From the IMG/VR virus record IMGVR_UViG_3300044712_002068, positions 6,816-70,815 of that record: a stretch of DNA of 64,000 bases. One strand, given 5' to 3'. The notes beneath the pieces are model-generated. The model was not told where the DNA came from. It worked only from the letters and a program-made list of their open reading frames with translations, and made no database searches. The position numbers and the translations under genes were made by a program. This DNA is from a virus. Shown piece by piece: positions 10,488 to 20,620 of this stretch; the first letter of the stretch is position 1; every line of letters begins with the position of its first letter.

Positions 10488-10777
10488 TAGAGGAACGAAC
10501 GATCAGCCTATCTCTGGACGGTGATCAGTGGCTCGCGTTGCTGGGCGAGAACATTCAAGAGGGTATCTGCGGGTTTGGCGACTCACCCAAGGCCGCACTG
10601 CTTAAGCTTGCAGAGCAACTGCCGATAAAGGTATTTCAGGCCGACTACAATGCCCCACGCAAAGGCGATCTCTCTGTGGATGAAATCTATGCTTTCAACC
10701 GAGAGGAAGCCGACCAGATTGCAGCCCTACGCAATCTGAAAATTGTGGACGAGAGAATAGAGGGTATCAGCCTGTGA
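10484..10777 (+). CDS. Hypothetical protein
   Basis: ATGA-coupled ORF; WLALLGENIQEGICGFGDSP motif. Confidence 0.5.
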   Translation: MIEERTISLSLDGDQWLALLGENIQEGICGFGDSPKAALLKLAEQLPIKVFQADYNAPRKGDLSVDEIYAFNREEADQIAALRNLKIVDERIEGISL

Positions 10778-12864
10778 CCAGCACCTATGCATCCATCCGA
10801 CAGACAACCCCAGACGTTAGTTTTGCCGCTGCCGCTGGCGGTTCTCTCACGGGCTCAGGCTCGATCTGGCTGTGCATCCAAGCGCGTAACCGTGCAGGGC
10901 GAAACCTGCTGAGCACTCCCGTGCAGGTGAGCTATAGCGCAGGCCAGAAAATCGCCTGCACCATTGGCACCGGAGCCAGGGCCACGGGTGAGGAGATTAT
11001 CGAATACGTGATCTCAGGCTTCAGTTCAAACACGCCTTCATCCATGAAACGGCTCGCGTCATGGCGTGCAAAAGATGCATTTGTGCTAGGGGCAACTAAT
11101 TACCCAGGGCAAGGCAACGATCGCCCATTACCCCATACAATCGACCTCACCCACGATGCCCATTTATTAGGTGGAGCAACTGTGATCAACTCAGATGCTC
11201 TACCCACAAACCGGATCAACGGGATGATCCGGTTTGTGACCAGTGAAGCCGAGTATTGGCGCTATGACGATGAGGCCGAGAGCGGAGAGCTGGCAGCAGG
11301 GTCGGGCTATTGGGTGGTGTCGAGCGCTGGTGAGCTCAGCTCATATCAGGCCAGCACAACTGACGCAGGGGGCTGCGATCGCCCTCTCCTAAACCTCTCG
11401 CCTGCTGATGTGCTCTCGCCTCCTGCCTATGCGGGGGATGGGTCTGACTCTTACCCTGTGCAGCTCTGGTATAGCAACGGGCTGACTGACGACGGAGGGG
11501 CTGTAAACGAGCAGGGCTATCAGCTCGCCTTGCAGATTCGGCTTGATGGGGCCAACAAATCGACCCTGTTTAGTGGTCGAGTAGTCGCTCGCCTGCTCGG
11601 CTATGTAGACAGGTCAACAGGCATCCTTGATGAGGCGATCGCCTCCGTGGGAGACGACATCGTTCTCAGCGCTGCCGACTCACCCGACGACACACCCCGA
11701 CTGGGAAACCTCACCCTGCCCCTAGAACTTTTGCGAGGTAATGCAGCAGTCTACGCGCTATTTTTCCGCTTCAACGTAGAAGAGTTGACCGGGCAATGGG
11801 GCGATCGCGTGCTCGATGGTTCGCAGTTCACCACAATTCTGTATCCAGAGGGGCTACTGGGGAACCCAGACAAAAGCTGGAACATTACCGGCGACGTGAT
11901 TTTTAACGTCACCGATCGCATGAGAGTTTTGCCAACCCAGTCGGCAGCGGTGCGCTCGGCAGGGCAGTGCATGATCCAAGGGTTTAGCTCGCCCTCTGTT
12001 GCCGCGCAACTGCTCATCGGCATTGCAGCGGATACCGCAGATCAGCAGGTCGTGATATCGGCAGCGCTCGCAGGGGATGCGCTGGTGAGGGCACCCGGTG
12101 AGCCACTCGGGGGCACCGATGGACTCAGGGCACTGATCAGCACGCTGCCCGGTGAATGGGTGGCGAGTGACTACACCAGCACCGTGAGCGTGAGTGGGGC
12201 ACAGGTGATTCAGCTATCAATTACCTATCCTGACGCGATCCGTGACGATTACCCCGACGTTATTAAGGGGGCGATCGCAGCGTTCAACGTGCCCAGTCTG
12301 CGGATCTATATTCAGCAGGTAAGCACGGGTGATATTTATCGGCTCACTGCTGAGCCAATCCCTACCGCACCCTCGCAAACCCTCACCCTACAAAGTCTTG
12401 CGGGGTCTGTGGTTGGGGCGTTGCCATCGTCACCGGCGAGCGAGTTCTGTTTATTCGACTACGGCACAATCGGGGCAACGGTGGCCAGTGGATCGGGATC
12501 ATTTCCTGCGGATGATTACCGGGTCGCGATCGCCTACTGGTTCCCATCACCAAGCACGGCAGTAACGGCCATCAGCCACGACACGGTAGATGGGTGCATA
12601 CCTGAGATCGAACCACTCACGACCCTGATCGAATCGGGTAAATATTGGGGTGCTGCGGTGGCAACCGTGGCCCAGCTCACAGCATTAGAGGGCGTAACCG
12701 ACAATCAATATCGGTTCTGTGAGGAGGTTGGTTACAGGTGTAGGTATGACGCTACATCATTGGAGTTGGCTGATGATGTGACGATTTTCGAGCCTGATGA
12801 CGGGATAGGCCGATGGTTTGCAGAGGTGCCCATCAGTCTAGTGGATTTTTATAGCTTCGCTTAA
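10774..12864 (+). CDS. Tail/baseplate-associated structural protein
   Basis: 696 aa Gly/Ser/Thr-rich, acidic, beta-rich; within tail cluster. Confidence 0.5.
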   Translation: MTSTYASIRQTTPDVSFAAAAGGSLTGSGSIWLCIQARNRAGRNLLSTPVQVSYSAGQKIACTIGTGARATGEEIIEYVISGFSSNTPSSMKRLASWRAKDAFVLGATNYPGQGNDRPLPHTIDLTHDAHLLGGATVINSDALPTNRINGMIRFVTSEAEYWRYDDEAESGELAAGSGYWVVSSAGELSSYQASTTDAGGCDRPLLNLSPADVLSPPAYAGDGSDSYPVQLWYSNGLTDDGGAVNEQGYQLALQIRLDGANKSTLFSGRVVARLLGYVDRSTGILDEAIASVGDDIVLSAADSPDDTPRLGNLTLPLELLRGNAAVYALFFRFNVEELTGQWGDRVLDGSQFTTILYPEGLLGNPDKSWNITGDVIFNVTDRMRVLPTQSAAVRSAGQCMIQGFSSPSVAAQLLIGIAADTADQQVVISAALAGDALVRAPGEPLGGTDGLRALISTLPGEWVASDYTSTVSVSGAQVIQLSITYPDAIRDDYPDVIKGAIAAFNVPSLRIYIQQVSTGDIYRLTAEPIPTAPSQTLTLQSLAGSVVGALPSSPASEFCLFDYGTIGATVASGSGSFPADDYRVAIAYWFPSPSTAVTAISHDTVDGCIPEIEPLTTLIESGKYWGAAVATVAQLTALEGVTDNQYRFCEEVGYRCRYDATSLELADDVTIFEPDDGIGRWFAEVPISLVDFYSFA

Positions 12865-12987
12865 AATGGCATCAATCAGGTGATATCACAACACACTACC
12901 CTTGTACTGCTACAGGGGTTTTTTAATGCGTTTTGAAACGTTTCAAAACGTTTGTGGAACCCTAGCCTTAGTGTATTGGGTGCAGCT

Positions 12988-13116
12988 ATGTCCTACTTGT
13001 CCAACAATCCGCAGATCAGGCTACTGCTGGCGATGCTGTGGGTTGTGTCGTGGCCGTTTCGTTTTTTGTGGCGTAGGCTTCAGACGCACAAGGCTAAGCC
13101 TCGAAAGGTTCGCTAA
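12988..13116 (+). CDS. 42-aa hydrophobic/cationic membrane peptide convergent on endolysin
   Basis: MSYLSNNPQIRLLLAMLWVVSWPFRFLWRRLQTHKAKPRKVR translated by hand. Confidence 0.45.
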   Translation: MSYLSNNPQIRLLLAMLWVVSWPFRFLWRRLQTHKAKPRKVR

Positions 13117-13646
13117 ACCATTTTTAGAGCATCGCTTTTCACTCGCTCAAGACGGTTTGTCCAGCCCTTCCCAAAATAAAGCCAGGTTTTCAGCGATCGC
13201 AAAAATGATTTGCGTCGATCGCAGTAGCTCTTGATCAACGTCTCGACTCCATGGATGGCGACGTAGGCAGCGATCGCCTTGAGCGTGAACGCGCCGATAA
13301 TACAGTCTGGATTAGCTCCGACAAGCGATTGCAACTCTTTAGCCGCTTTAGCGGGGCTGCTGTTGACCGCATAGTCAAATACGATGTAATCGACTCCACT
13401 GGGCAAATCGTCACCTCGCACGTTTGCCCAGTATTTTGCTCGGTAGATGTCCGACGCCTCTTGAGCGCTTAGGTTTTTTACATCGTCTTTCGTGCAGGGC
13501 TCCTCTCGCCACTCTGTGAGGGTATCCAGGGTGATGCCTCGATTTGTGGCACCACCCGAATCGTGTGGGTTATCGACCCAACCGCCCTCGCTCTGCAAGA
13601 CTAAGATCAGCGATCGCCCAAAATTGTCTTTCAACATCCTACCCAA
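13113..13646 (-). CDS. Endolysin, glycoside hydrolase family 108 with peptidoglycan-binding C-terminus
   Basis: EGGWVDNPHDSGGATNRGIT, FDYAVNS, FGKGWTNR motifs. Confidence 0.92.
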   Translation of the reverse strand: MGRMLKDNFGRSLILVLQSEGGWVDNPHDSGGATNRGITLDTLTEWREEPCTKDDVKNLSAQEASDIYRAKYWANVRGDDLPSGVDYIVFDYAVNSSPAKAAKELQSLVGANPDCIIGAFTLKAIAAYVAIHGVETLIKSYCDRRKSFLRSLKTWLYFGKGWTNRLERVKSDALKMV

Positions 13647-13672
13647 ACCCTACAGAGGCAGTATGCCCAGTA

Positions 13673-14179
13673 CTAGCGAACCGCAACGGGTGCAGGTTTT
13701 TGACTCGTTTTGAAACGTTTGGAAACGTTTCGGACGGGTAGCTTGATATCGGGCGATCGCCTGCGTGGTGTCGCTGGCTTGGCAGGCTGCGGAGTCGAGA
13801 TCTCGAATAGGTTGAGTTGCCCTCTGCGCTCTCGCTTTTTGTAACTGTTGTGGGCTCGAAATGGGCGATCGTGCGCTAGGTGACAGGTCGTGCAGAGCGC
13901 TCGCAGGTTGCTGCGATAGTTATGGCTCCGATCCTGATCCAGGTGGGCCACCCCTAGAACAAAGCGTGCTCGCTTTTCACGTCGCGAAACTGAGGCACGA
14001 GTACAAAACGCCTCCCACGGTTCACCCGGTTTACGGCATGGGCGATCGCAGTCCTCACACGTCCAGTTAGCCTCGCTCTTAATCTGGTGAGAGAGGTCTT
14101 CCCAGTCGGGTGGGTAGTAGGGGCGATCGAACCGAGTGATCGACATTTGTTCTAGGGGCGAAATGCTAATTGCTACCAT
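13673..14179 (-). CDS. HNH endonuclease-like protein
   Basis: YPPDW...CEDC...VAHLDQDRSHNYRSNLRALCTTCHLAHD. Confidence 0.8.
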   Translation of the reverse strand: MVAISISPLEQMSITRFDRPYYPPDWEDLSHQIKSEANWTCEDCDRPCRKPGEPWEAFCTRASVSRREKRARFVLGVAHLDQDRSHNYRSNLRALCTTCHLAHDRPFRAHNSYKKRERRGQLNLFEISTPQPAKPATPRRRSPDIKLPVRNVSKRFKTSQKPAPVAVR

Positions 14180-14222
14180 TCTGCATTGCGGGAATCCTGA
14201 ACGTAGTCACGAGAAAACCTAA

Positions 14223-14603
14223 ATGGCAGCAACCCCGCAATTTATTAAAACTCCGGTGATTGGCTCGGCAGCGATCGCCACAGCTAACACCAACTTAGAC
14301 GGCACGGGCACAATGGCAGTGCTCGCCACTGGCAGTTCAAAGGGCACGGTGATCAGGCGAGTGGTGGCGATCGCCGCTGGCACGGTCACAGATGGATTTA
14401 TCAGGCTATTCATCCACGATGGCAGCAGCAGCCGATTTTATGCCCAGTTGCCCGTGGCGGCCGCAACACCATCGGCAACGGTGGCCGCATGGCAGGGAGA
14501 GATAGAGTTGTTTGACTGCGTTTTGCCTAGCGGTTACAGCCTACGGGCTGCAACCTACAAGAGTGAATCATTTGCCGTTCATGCGTTTGGGGGTGATTTA
14601 TGA
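14223..14603 (+). CDS. Tail-fibre-associated small structural protein
   Basis: Thr/Ala-rich beta protein ending LPSGYSLRA...GGDL, upstream of fibre gene. Confidence 0.5.
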   Translation: MAATPQFIKTPVIGSAAIATANTNLDGTGTMAVLATGSSKGTVIRRVVAIAAGTVTDGFIRLFIHDGSSSRFYAQLPVAAATPSATVAAWQGEIELFDCVLPSGYSLRAATYKSESFAVHAFGGDL

Positions 14604-15460
14604 GCCAGTTAGGAGGCAGTATTTTGGGGTTCCCCGGCAGCGAGCTGCCGCCATTAGCCGACTCAATCCGAATTGAGTTTCTATTTGGGCAGGGCGCACC
14701 GGGGGCGATGCTCGGCAAAAAAGGCGACCTGTATTTAGACGGAAATACGCGCTATCTGTACAAAAAAATCAGCGCTCACGGCTGGAAACTGTCGGGCGTG
14801 CTGTCCTCGCAAATTTTGACCGGCTCCGCAGCGCCGGACGACGGAGACGGCAACCCAGGCGATCTGTACTTTCGCGCCAATGGGGAAGCGTACAGCAAGG
14901 GGGCAACGACCTGGGATCTAATTGCCGACCTGACTGGGCCAGTTGGGGCAACGGGGGCCACAGGGGCAGCGGGAACCGTTAGCGCAGCGTCTGCGCTGGT
15001 GTTAGAGGAGGTGTTTAGCACGCCCAGTACCAGTATGGGTGAAGTGCAGGTCTATAACCTGTTTGACGAGCTGCGCTGGCGACTGGAGAGCGACGGAACT
15101 GAATATATTGCCGCCGCCCTCAACCAACCGCAGACGTTCACCGCTGCTCAGAATGTTGCAACCCACGTTCTAGCCGATGGGGCAACGATTAACACTGATT
15201 GCAGTCTGAGCAACGTGTTTAGAGTCGTGCTCGGAGGCGATCGCACACTGGCCGACCCGACCAATTTGGTTGATGGGGGCACTTACGTGTGGATGGTTCG
15301 CCAAGACTCGACCGGGGGGCGATCGCTTACCTATGGCTCGGCATTTATCTGGATGGGTGGTAACGTGACCCCATCGCTATCGGTTGACCCAGGAGCCACC
15401 GACCTAATTACCTGCATTAGCGACGGCACGAGCCTGTTTTGCAATTTCGTAGGGGCATAG
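14600..15460 (+). CDS. Tail fibre protein with short collagen-like segment
   Basis: G.PGDLY repeats, GPVGATGATGAAG, C-terminal QDSTGGR...W.GG..P.LS....D fibre domain. Confidence 0.7.
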   Translation: MSQLGGSILGFPGSELPPLADSIRIEFLFGQGAPGAMLGKKGDLYLDGNTRYLYKKISAHGWKLSGVLSSQILTGSAAPDDGDGNPGDLYFRANGEAYSKGATTWDLIADLTGPVGATGATGAAGTVSAASALVLEEVFSTPSTSMGEVQVYNLFDELRWRLESDGTEYIAAALNQPQTFTAAQNVATHVLADGATINTDCSLSNVFRVVLGGDRTLADPTNLVDGGTYVWMVRQDSTGGRSLTYGSAFIWMGGNVTPSLSVDPGATDLITCISDGTSLFCNFVGA

Positions 15461-15462
15461 CT

Positions 15463-16170
15463 ATGGGCTTTACCTTGCCCGTTGGGCTATTTGCGGGGCA
15501 GTCGAGCAGCGTTCCGGGTGATGTGCTCACGGGTCTGGTTGCTGCATGGAATTTCGAGAGCGACTTTACTGATCAGGTGGGCAGCAACGATCTGACCAAT
15601 ACTGGCAGCGTGGCGATCGCCGCTGGGGTCGTGGGGAATGCAGCGGAGTTTGACGGAGCCAGCAGCCTAAGCTCTGCCACGACTGCCGATCTTGAGATGG
15701 GTGCGGTTGACTTCACTATCAGCATGATCGTGGTTCTAGGGGCAGGTGGGTCGAGCGCTGAGCTGCTGGGCAAATGGACAAACATTGCAGACCCTGAATA
15801 CCGGATCACCCTCGACTCAGACGATACCGTTTATTTTCAGGTGCAGAACCCTGGCACGGTTTCAAACTCGTTTGTCGTGCTCTCGGTCGGCTCGCCTTAT
15901 CTGGTGATTGCCAAGCATCGGGCGTCTGACGGCACCATATCTCTGAGGGTGCTGGCGTTGGGTGGGGTCGATGACTATCGAGCCGAGATTCCAGGGATAT
16001 CAATTAACGCAGCCTCGACCGGTACGTTTCGCATTGGCAAGGGCAGTGTGCCCTATATCCCTAACGGTACGCTGATCGACGCTGTACACATCTGGAAACG
16101 CTACCTCTCGCCTGCTGATGAGGAGCTGCTAATCAATGGGGGTCTAGGTGCCGAGTATCCGTTTACGTGA
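15463..16170 (+). CDS. LamG/concanavalin-A-like domain protein (receptor-binding candidate)
   Basis: GLVAAWNFE...GVVGNAAEFDG...DFTIS...IDAVHIWKRYLS. Confidence 0.75.
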   Translation: MGFTLPVGLFAGQSSSVPGDVLTGLVAAWNFESDFTDQVGSNDLTNTGSVAIAAGVVGNAAEFDGASSLSSATTADLEMGAVDFTISMIVVLGAGGSSAELLGKWTNIADPEYRITLDSDDTVYFQVQNPGTVSNSFVVLSVGSPYLVIAKHRASDGTISLRVLALGGVDDYRAEIPGISINAASTGTFRIGKGSVPYIPNGTLIDAVHIWKRYLSPADEELLINGGLGAEYPFT

Positions 16171-17770
16171 GGGGCTCTATCCGGACGCGAGAGCGCTGAG
16201 TCTGGGCAATCTCGGCCAAACCATTTGGGTGCAAATCCCTGGTTATACGGCCACATTGCAGGCGATCGCAGCCACCGAGATCAACCGCACCACGGGGCTG
16301 ATGGTTTCGGTCGATTCCGCAGGCGCTGCACGAGTCTTTAACGAGATTCCACAGCGCACGGTGGTGAGCAGGACTGGGCGGTTTTTTCAGACTCGACCGC
16401 TGCCCATTGCAGAGCAGGAAACGCTCTATGGTGTGGTCTATGCCGTGGTTACAGCTAGGGGCATCCTGGTCGGAGGCGATCGCCTGACCCCAGCGCTGAT
16501 TGAGGTGCCCAGCCCGGTCGAGCGAATTCAAGTCCAAAACCCAAACCTTGTGACAATTGTGTCGTGGGGTTCAGACACCACAAGTCTTACAGACGGACAT
16601 CTCTATCAGTGGATAGAGGGGATTCAATCCGACGAGCCGCGATCGCTGGATGCCCTGCTGGGGGGCGGGTGGATTCAAAGCCGAGAGATGACGGTCACCG
16701 GCTCAACCGTGAGCGTATTTTCTGGGCTGTACTATCTGTCCTCGCCTGATGGCAGCGAAACAACGGGCGAGCTGTCGGGCACAGATGCATCGCTGGCAGG
16801 TGGCTCGACTGACCTGCTTGCTCAAGTGCCGATCATTGCAGGCATCACTCGATCGTGTAGCGTGAGCCAGTTTGACACATTCACTACGATCACGGGCACC
16901 TACGATGCTCAGCAGCCGCTGATGATGCGGGGCGATGGTCAGCAGTCGCTGGTCGTGCATCGCTACGGGTCAATATCCGAATCAGAGAGATTGCAGACCA
17001 GTCGCCTGTTTCTGGCCGACCCATCGGGCGGTGAGATATCGGTGAACAGTGCTCCAGGCATCGCAATCGAACTAGACCCCGTGACCGTGACTCCAGGCGC
17101 GATCGCCCTAGAACCCGGTTTTGATTTTGACAATTATTTAGACAGCAGCCCTAGACCTGTTATCGCAGCGCTCAGCGGCATGACCATCGTGCTGGTGAGT
17201 CGGGTTGATGGAGTTATCACTAAGGGGTTTGGGGTTATCACGGGTTACATCACAAGTTCTATTCCTGGCTCATTTGGCGGCAAAACACGACTTGAAGTTG
17301 TCAACGTGATGATTGACCGGGTGTTAGAGGTGCCGTTTGATGGCGCTCTGAGTACGGCGGGTTTAGGCAATGTCGCCATGCTCTACAGCAACATCGGCAG
17401 CGCGATCGATTTCCTACTGCAATCCCAGGTTTATCGCTATGTGTCGATCGGTGGCAATGCGACCGGGTTATCGACCACGGGCGACCTTAGCGAAAAGGTT
17501 CCCCTGGGAAACTTCAATCTGATCGGCAACAGTCTGATCGACGGCAGCGCATTTGTGCAGTGGATCGCAGACAAAATCTATGTGTCTGAGAACCTGACCC
17601 AAAACCTATCGGACGCTGCCGACTCCTATGCCGATGAATGGCGACTGATACCGTCAGACGATGGACTGCTGTTTGTTAAACAGGATGAACCGCTCACCGC
17701 TAGCCGCTCGGCCATCACAGAGCCAGATGAAATCTACAGCCTGCTATCCAGTGCGTTCTATGAGCGCTAG
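16148..17770 (+). CDS. Hypothetical structural protein
   Basis: 540-aa Ser/Thr/Gly-rich ORF continuing the fibre operon. Confidence 0.45.
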   Translation: MPSIRLREGLYPDARALSLGNLGQTIWVQIPGYTATLQAIAATEINRTTGLMVSVDSAGAARVFNEIPQRTVVSRTGRFFQTRPLPIAEQETLYGVVYAVVTARGILVGGDRLTPALIEVPSPVERIQVQNPNLVTIVSWGSDTTSLTDGHLYQWIEGIQSDEPRSLDALLGGGWIQSREMTVTGSTVSVFSGLYYLSSPDGSETTGELSGTDASLAGGSTDLLAQVPIIAGITRSCSVSQFDTFTTITGTYDAQQPLMMRGDGQQSLVVHRYGSISESERLQTSRLFLADPSGGEISVNSAPGIAIELDPVTVTPGAIALEPGFDFDNYLDSSPRPVIAALSGMTIVLVSRVDGVITKGFGVITGYITSSIPGSFGGKTRLEVVNVMIDRVLEVPFDGALSTAGLGNVAMLYSNIGSAIDFLLQSQVYRYVSIGGNATGLSTTGDLSEKVPLGNFNLIGNSLIDGSAFVQWIADKIYVSENLTQNLSDAADSYADEWRLIPSDDGLLFVKQDEPLTASRSAITEPDEIYSLLSSAFYER

Positions 17771-17850
17771 AACGGGGGTATCTGTGCCCATTTAGGGATC
17801 TGGGCATACAATCTAGACACGTCTTAAAACGTTTTGAAACGTTTCAAACC

Positions 17851-18396
17851 ATGGAAACACTTGAGGCAACGCTTGACCGGGTGCCGATCAAAGACCTGAT
17901 TGGCGATCGCTACAACAAATCAATGCTCTACAGGATGTTTAGCGAAATGAATATCGTGCCCACAAAGGTGGGACGAGAGGGATTCATCACGCCAGAGCAA
18001 GAGCGAATGCTTGAGCAATACGCACTAGCCAAGGCCAGCGGCAAGGAGGCACTTGAGGCCTTCCTATCAAACCCGTCTGGAAACGTTTCAAAACGTTTTG
18101 AAACGTTTGAAGCGGATTACGAATCAGCCGACCTTGCACCCCTAGAACAAAATCAGCCCAGTGGGGTGTGGCTACTGGTCGAGGCGATCGCCACCCGGTT
18201 GCAGCAGGCCAAACCCGAACCGCTGGCCCTACAGCGGCAGCTAGAGGAGGTTGCCGAGCACGGTTGGCATCTCTCCACTGCGCAGCTGAGGGAAATTCTA
18301 GGGACTGGCCCTGTAGAGGGCGATCGCTACGGGTTTCGGTTTAGCAAGTCGGGCAAGATGGGCCGCCAGATGGGCTGGAAAGTTGAGAAAAACTAG
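17851..18396 (+). CDS. Putative DNA-binding protein with AAACGTTT arrays upstream and inside the gene
   Basis: N-terminal HTH-like segment, C-terminal LSTAQLREILG; arrays at 17826 and 18071. Confidence 0.5.
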   Translation: METLEATLDRVPIKDLIGDRYNKSMLYRMFSEMNIVPTKVGREGFITPEQERMLEQYALAKASGKEALEAFLSNPSGNVSKRFETFEADYESADLAPLEQNQPSGVWLLVEAIATRLQQAKPEPLALQRQLEEVAEHGWHLSTAQLREILGTGPVEGDRYGFRFSKSGKMGRQMGWKVEKN

Positions 18397-18437
18397 CCCA
18401 ATAAAAAACCCCGTCAATGCGGGGTTTTTTGTTGGGC
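18396..18437. terminator. Bidirectional terminator between convergent genes
   Basis: AAAAAACCCCG-TCAATG-CGGGGTTTTTT. Confidence 0.85.
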
Positions 18438-18656
18438 TAAGCTGCGTCGTCCATCTGCTTTCCTCGGCGCATCGTCAGGCGATCGCGCATCGGTTGATCG
18501 ACCCACCAAACCCCACGAGTAGAGCGGGTGAGGCACTGAGAACATCGGCATAGTGACGCATCAAGACCGGGAATCAAATCATCTCCCGTTTTTATGCCCG
18601 TGCAGGGGTCAACCATGAGTCTGCCACCAATGCCAATCAGAACTAATTCAAGCTGC

Positions 18657-18782
18657 TCAGTCCTCGGTTTCATCGTCGCTATCGTCATCGTCGCTGCTCT
18701 CTGGTTCGGGGTAGTCGTCATATTCTTCGATCAAATCAGGGTCAACGTCAACATCATGGGGATGGTCTGAGCTGTAGGTCAT
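18657..18782 (-). CDS. 41-aa hyperacidic peptide, not in ORF track
   Basis: MTYSSDHPHDVDVDPDLIEEYDDYPEPESSDDDDSDDETED; AGGAG RBS 5 nt upstream. Confidence 0.55.
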   Translation of the reverse strand: MTYSSDHPHDVDVDPDLIEEYDDYPEPESSDDDDSDDETED

Positions 18783-18797
18783 AGATTCTCCTGCGGG

Positions 18798-19307
18798 TTA
18801 GTTGTGGGAAAACCGATTTTGGATGTTGAGTCTCGGCTGAAGGCGTTGAATCAAAACGGACTCTAACTCTCTGACTTCGGATGCCTCAACAGATAAAAAA
18901 CTTACTTTTATAGACCTGCCAAAAATCTTAACCAGCGTACCCAAGACGTTGTGTTTTTTCAGTCTGCGCAGCAAGCTTTTTTTAGACATTCCAATATATT
19001 GAGCAGTTGAACTACTAAATATGCAGTAAAGACCCGGCTCGTCAGGCATTAAACCAATTTCATCAATGCCTAACGTAGGCCAGAGGCGAGGGTTCATCAT
19101 CTCGCCTCCAAACTTCTGCATGTTTTCCTCACCAGCACGAATAGCTCGCTCCAAACGTTTTTGTTCTTTTGCCTGTTTGAGCAAAGACACTTTTACCGCC
19201 TCACCGCAGACAAACACGCGATTACTGGGCTGACTCCCCTGCTTAGCTACCCCAAGCTTTATTTTTGCGGTCACAAAGCGATCGCGCAATTCTTCAATAG
19301 TCATCAT
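18798..19307 (-). CDS. GIY-YIG nuclease domain protein
   Basis: PGLYCIF...YIGMS..LLRRL..H...E..LIQRLQPRLN. Confidence 0.75.
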   Translation of the reverse strand: MMTIEELRDRFVTAKIKLGVAKQGSQPSNRVFVCGEAVKVSLLKQAKEQKRLERAIRAGEENMQKFGGEMMNPRLWPTLGIDEIGLMPDEPGLYCIFSSSTAQYIGMSKKSLLRRLKKHNVLGTLVKIFGRSIKVSFLSVEASEVRELESVLIQRLQPRLNIQNRFSHN

Positions 19308-19549
19308 TCATCCTCGCTACTAAGCCATTCCTCCTCTAGTTCCTCCAGCGTTATGCCGCGATACTTTGCGATCGCAGTCATTTCCTGCTGAATTTCAGCC
19401 CAGTTAGCCTCAATCCTGTTTTGGATGATGTTCGCGCCTAGCGTGGCTCGATTGGTGCCTTTGAGCTTTGCCCAAAGAAGCAATTTTCGGTGATACCAAT
19501 CCGGTAACGAAACCCCAAAACGCACCATTGCCATCAAGTCCATAAACAT
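19304..19549 (-). CDS. Ribbon-helix-helix-like regulator
   Basis: VRFGVSLPDW beta strand followed by two helices. Confidence 0.5.
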   Translation of the reverse strand: MFMDLMAMVRFGVSLPDWYHRKLLLWAKLKGTNRATLGANIIQNRIEANWAEIQQEMTAIAKYRGITLEELEEEWLSSEDE

Positions 19550-19781
19550 CCTCCAGTTATACAGCTTGAGCGCTGTTTGGGCTTTATTGATGCACCAGTG
19601 TATCTCTAGTGTCTCACAGTTGTATCAGTTGTGCTATAAGTATGGAACGAGATGGAACGACTGATGAAACTAGCGCTTTGAGGTTTTTTCTGAAAAATGG
19701 AACGGTCTAGCAAGTTCCATTAGGCGTTTCAGCGTTCCAACCCCGTCCAAAGCATTGTTCCTCCGTTGTTAAGGAGTCGAT

Positions 19782-20342
19782 TTGATGAATGTGTCTCTAT
19801 CTAAGTTCTGCAAAGACCGAAACCTAGCCAAAACCAGTGTTTATCGTCGCTGTGAAGAGTTGAGAATCAGCACCTCTGACGGGCTTACACCTGAGGCTGT
19901 AAAGCAGCTAGAGCATGAATTTGGAGCAGTTGCGCCCTCTGCGGGAAACTCAACCGTGTCTGTAGAGGTTGGCAATCACAGTATTGAATTGTCAGCGCCT
20001 CAACTGCCTCAAACCTACAGCTTGGAAGGGTTGCGCACTGGCGCGGCTGTGTCTTTTGAAGATCCTTTAGCTATTGCTGCTCAGTTTCTCAATGCGGCTG
20101 ATGGACTAAAAGACGCAATGCAGCAAGACATCGAGATTCGGCAAAGCAAGGTAAATCAAACGGTTGCCGCCAAAGAAGCGATCGCAGCCAAAAGACAGGA
20201 ATTAGAGCTTGAAGCAAGACTGTACAAGCTCCAAACCCAGAAGCTTGACAGCACACTGAGCAATGAAACTGCTGCTCTGCAACAGCAGTTAAAAGCCTTG
20301 CAATCTTTGGGAAAGCCCGACGCCTCAACCCCACAGCCCTAA
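19782..20342 (+). CDS. HTH plus coiled-coil protein
   Basis: SLSKFCKDRNLAKTSVYRRC HTH; coiled-coil C-half; GGAAC/GTTCC repeats upstream. Confidence 0.55.
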   Translation: MMNVSLSKFCKDRNLAKTSVYRRCEELRISTSDGLTPEAVKQLEHEFGAVAPSAGNSTVSVEVGNHSIELSAPQLPQTYSLEGLRTGAAVSFEDPLAIAAQFLNAADGLKDAMQQDIEIRQSKVNQTVAAKEAIAAKRQELELEARLYKLQTQKLDSTLSNETAALQQQLKALQSLGKPDASTPQP

Positions 20343-20620
20343 TCATTGCCGTGCTGGTGGCGATCGCCGCTGGCATGGCAATCACCTCGCAGCCCTGCAA
20401 ACCCACGCTGATCAACGCCAACACACCGCCCCTAGAACAATGAGCAAAATCACAGTTTACGTTCGCCATGCACCCATCGGAGAAGAGATTTTTTGGTGTA
20501 TTGCCATGATTCTGGCGATCGCCCTATCACTGGCCGTAATGATTGCGCTGTGGCGGTTTGGCTCGATCGGTGGGTTTGTGATTGGGTTTCTGTGCTGCTA
20601 CCTGATGAGGAAATAGAAGC

